Below, in pieces: positions 59,160-61,581 of a stretch of DNA of 61,581 bases. This stretch comes from an uncultured Candidatus Saccharibacteria bacterium (GTDB lineage: Bacteria; Patescibacteriota; Saccharimonadia; Saccharimonadales; EFPC-124): contig CAYURH010000004.1 in assembly GCA_964447105.1 (NCBI GenBank), forward strand, positions 1 through 61,581, read 5' to 3'. A program made the translations under genes and the position numbers. Numbering within the stretch: position 1 is the first letter of the stretch; each line of letters opens with the position of its first letter. The notes below the pieces were generated by a model, which made no database searches, was not told where the DNA came from, and saw only the letters and a program-made list of their open reading frames with translations.

Positions 59160-59528
59160 CTAGCGCAGGGCCGCTAGACGGCGTCGAGTCTGCACATAGG
59201 CGCCCAGGCTAAACGCGATACTCATAGCTCCGATAACCGTTATCGCAACATTGCTTGCGCCAGTTGCCGGTACTGTCGGTGGCGTCACTGCTGGCTGGGT
59301 AGCTGGATGCGTTTCGGTACTGGACGTAGCAGATGGCTGATTCTGAGCAGTATCTTGTTTGGGCCCAGATTGTTCAGTATCTTTGCTACTATCCTGCTGA
59401 GCAACAGTCGTTTTGTTGGAATTAGCCGCAGCAAAATGTTGTGAACGGTTTTTGGCCCACAAAATACCGCCGATCAACGCCAGCCCTAACACCAACACTA
59501 TTCCCGTGTACACCATCACCTTCTGCAT
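59160..59528 (-). CDS. Small surface protein with N-terminal TM and C-terminal VPATG sorting-like signal
   Basis: TM, S/T/Q/P-rich linker, VPATG, hydrophobic helix, RRR tail. Confidence 0.75.
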   Translation of the reverse strand: MQKVMVYTGIVLVLGLALIGGILWAKNRSQHFAAANSNKTTVAQQDSSKDTEQSGPKQDTAQNQPSATSSTETHPATQPAVTPPTVPATGASNVAITVIGAMSIAFSLGAYVQTRRRLAALR

Positions 59529-59609
59529 ATCTTTCCCCTCTGTAATATTCCTACTATATAACCTGCGTCGACAAAAAACAAATGCTCACACGCATGATAC
59601 ACTACTAAC

Positions 59610-60413
59610 ATGATTACGACGGTAGATATCGGGGGAACAAAAACACTTATTGCTCAGTTCGGTGACAGTCTAGAGCCGCAAAACAGCCGGAGGTTCGAAA
59701 CACCCAAGGACCCCCAACAATTTATGGCCAGACTCCTGCAAGAATTGGCCACATTACAAGAAATAGACTCACTCGTTATCGGCGCACCCGGGATCGTGAG
59801 TAACGACGGAGCTATTGTACGCTGCGGGAATCTACCATGGACCAACTTTCGACTTCGTGACCAGTTAGCCAACACCTATCCGTGCCCAATCTATGTCTTG
59901 AACGACGCCAAGCTAGCCGGGTTGGCCGAAATCAACAGCATTACACCCGTCCCAGCATTGGGGCTATACATCAGCGTCGGTACCGGCATTGGTACTGCAA
60001 TAATTACCGATGGCAAACTTCTTGCCGCGCTCGCCAATAGTGAGGGTGGCCACAGCACTATCTGGGATGGATCACAATGGCAATCTTGGGAAGCGGTGGC
60101 CTCGGGGCGCGCGCTCTCAGCGCATTTCGGCAAATATCTGCAGGATTTGCAAGGAGAGGCCGAATGGCGCTGGGTGGCTGAGAAGATGGCGCTGGGGTTG
60201 TACAGTTTGATCCCTACGTTGCAACCACAGGTAGTAGTGTTTGGTGGTGGTGCTGGACAATATTTCGAACGGTTCCGTGAACAGTTGGTCCCTCTTGTCC
60301 AAGAACATATCTCGAGCTACATTCAGCTCCCTGAAATGCGTACCGCAGTCCACGCCGAACAAGCAGTTATTTATGGTGGCTACTACTATGCCAGGCATCA
60401 GCGAGCTATTTGA
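59610..60413 (+). CDS. ROK-family sugar kinase
   Basis: DIGGTK, LNDAKLAGLAE, GTGIG, EGGH, WEAVASG. Confidence 0.93.
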   Translation: MITTVDIGGTKTLIAQFGDSLEPQNSRRFETPKDPQQFMARLLQELATLQEIDSLVIGAPGIVSNDGAIVRCGNLPWTNFRLRDQLANTYPCPIYVLNDAKLAGLAEINSITPVPALGLYISVGTGIGTAIITDGKLLAALANSEGGHSTIWDGSQWQSWEAVASGRALSAHFGKYLQDLQGEAEWRWVAEKMALGLYSLIPTLQPQVVVFGGGAGQYFERFREQLVPLVQEHISSYIQLPEMRTAVHAEQAVIYGGYYYARHQRAI

Positions 60414-60864
60414 GCGTTTTAAACGCGATTTTCCATACCACTTCGCACTTGGAGACGATTTTCAATGGTCGGCGGCTAGCGGGACCATTACACACCCTCT
60501 TATCGAACGTGTTGAGCACTTATGGAGCCTACTACACGAAATCGCGCACGCCGAGCTCGCTCACGCGACATATGAGCTGGACATCCATCTGATCGGGCTA
60601 GAATCGACCGCTTGGGAATGGGCTGTTAAGCACCTCGCGCCTGCATACGACCTCAGCATCGATCCCGACTACATTCAAGATCATATGGACACGTATAGAC
60701 TCTGGCTTCATAAGCGCAGCTTGTGCCCCCGCTGCAACCAAAACGGATTTCAGACCAACACAAAAACCTACAGCTGTGTAAACTGTAGGTTTTTGTGGCG
60801 GGCTAATGACGCCCGGATATGTGGCTTGCGTCGGACTAGGCTGCCAAGTCTAGATCAGACTTAG
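60388..60864 (+). CDS. HExxH metallopeptidase-like protein with C-terminal Zn ribbon
   Basis: LLHEIAHA, E..AW, CPRC...CVNC. Confidence 0.8.
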   Translation: MPGISELFERFKRDFPYHFALGDDFQWSAASGTITHPLIERVEHLWSLLHEIAHAELAHATYELDIHLIGLESTAWEWAVKHLAPAYDLSIDPDYIQDHMDTYRLWLHKRSLCPRCNQNGFQTNTKTYSCVNCRFLWRANDARICGLRRTRLPSLDQT

Positions 60865-61069
60865 TAACCGTAGGTTCAACTGCCTTACGGCGGCGGCTGA
60901 TAAGACCACCTTTACGGCCAGCAGCGCGGGCAAGTTCTCGGTTGGCAGCAAAGCCACCCGTGTGGCCTTTGCGGCCACCAATTGCACCAATGCGAGCGTA
61001 AAAGTCTTTACCGTGACGAGCCTTGTTAGTACCGGCAGCGCGTTTGCCACCAATAACAGTACCTGGCAT
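60836..61069 (-). CDS. KGG-repeat general stress protein
   Basis: FYARIGAIGGRKG, GGFAANRELARAAGRKGG; TTGACA-17-TATAAT promoter 61142-61114. Confidence 0.88.
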   Translation of the reverse strand: MPGTVIGGKRAAGTNKARHGKDFYARIGAIGGRKGHTGGFAANRELARAAGRKGGLISRRRKAVEPTVTKSDLDLAA

Positions 61070-61185
61070 ATTTACTTCTCCATTACCTCACATATGATCT
61101 GTGATTGAATTAGATTATAGCAATGTTTATGCTTTATGTCAATATTTACACAAGCATTTACGGTGTTTAAATAAACTTTTCATAA

Positions 61186-61220
61186 AGAGAAAACCCCCGG
61201 CGTAAACCGAGGGCTTTCTA
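61186..61220 (-). terminator. rRNA operon terminator
   Basis: gaaagccctcgg-tttacg-ccgggggttttc followed by T-rich sequence. Confidence 0.7.
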
Positions 61221-61223
61221 TAA

Positions 61224-61333
61224 AACGGCACCGTGCTAGTTTCCCACCAAAAGGCAGTATAATCGCCGCTACTGGGCTTAACTTCTGTGTTCGGAATGAG
61301 AACAGGTGTTTCCCCAGTGCCATGGGCACCGAA
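61224..61333 (-). rRNA. rrf: 5S rRNA
   Basis: Minus strand cggtgcc...acacctgttctcattccgaacacagaagttaagc...ggtgccg; ends approximate. Confidence 0.95.
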
Positions 61334-61494
61334 ACTGCGGGCCGACCTTAGTCAGCGCGCACTTTCGGCACCCATACGGACCGTGTTTGTGATGTCAAAG
61401 AATGATTTTGTGGTGATTCACACCAACTACTAGTCAAACCTACCTTATCTCCTTAACTTGTGCAAGCACAAGCGTCCAGAGAAAAGGACATAAA

Positions 61495-61581
61495 AAGTCA
61501 ATGGCCCTATTAGTACGCTTAAGCTCCATGCATTACTGCACTTCCACCTTGCGCCTATCAACCAGATAGTCTTTCTGGGGG
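61495..61581 (-). rRNA. rrl: 23S rRNA 3' end (partial)
   Basis: Plus strand attagtac...agctc...attactgcacttccac...cctatcaacc is the complement of the conserved 23S terminus. Confidence 0.93.

Noticed and set aside
61334-61494. tRNA in the 23S-5S spacer
   Set aside because: No cloverleaf or GTTC T-loop visible on either strand

Overview
Chromosomal segment of a small-genome bacterium, most likely Patescibacteria/CPR, class Saccharimonadia (TM7). This is inferred from compact housekeeping genes, a short IF-2 and S1, DUF5663-like and KGG-repeat proteins, and loss of pyrH/uppS/cdsA/dxr from the rpsB-tsf-frr-rseP-proS cluster. The backbone (roughly 50% GC by eye) encodes translation genes (serS, lysS, proS, ileS, rpsA/B/U, rplU, rpmE, tsf, frr, prfA, prmC, infB, def, fmt, map), division and partition genes (ftsA, ftsZ, parA, parB), nrdR-nrdJ, recJ, priA and envelope proteins. 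It ends in 5S rRNA and the 3' end of 23S rRNA. Many backbone genes look leaderless. About a dozen GC-richer orphan 'cassette' genes are wedged between housekeeping genes. Most share one architecture: AT-rich promoter, Shine-Dalgarno, actinobacterial-like codon usage, and a long GC hairpin usually without a U-tract. Other notable elements are a ~210-nt multi-branched candidate ncRNA (26612-26824), an actinobacterial-type ultrashort ileS T-box coupled to a transcription terminator, a leader-peptide attenuator before an ATP-grasp/HAD pair, and a Pro-containing uORF before proS. All assignments are by visual motif recognition; no searches or folding programs were run.
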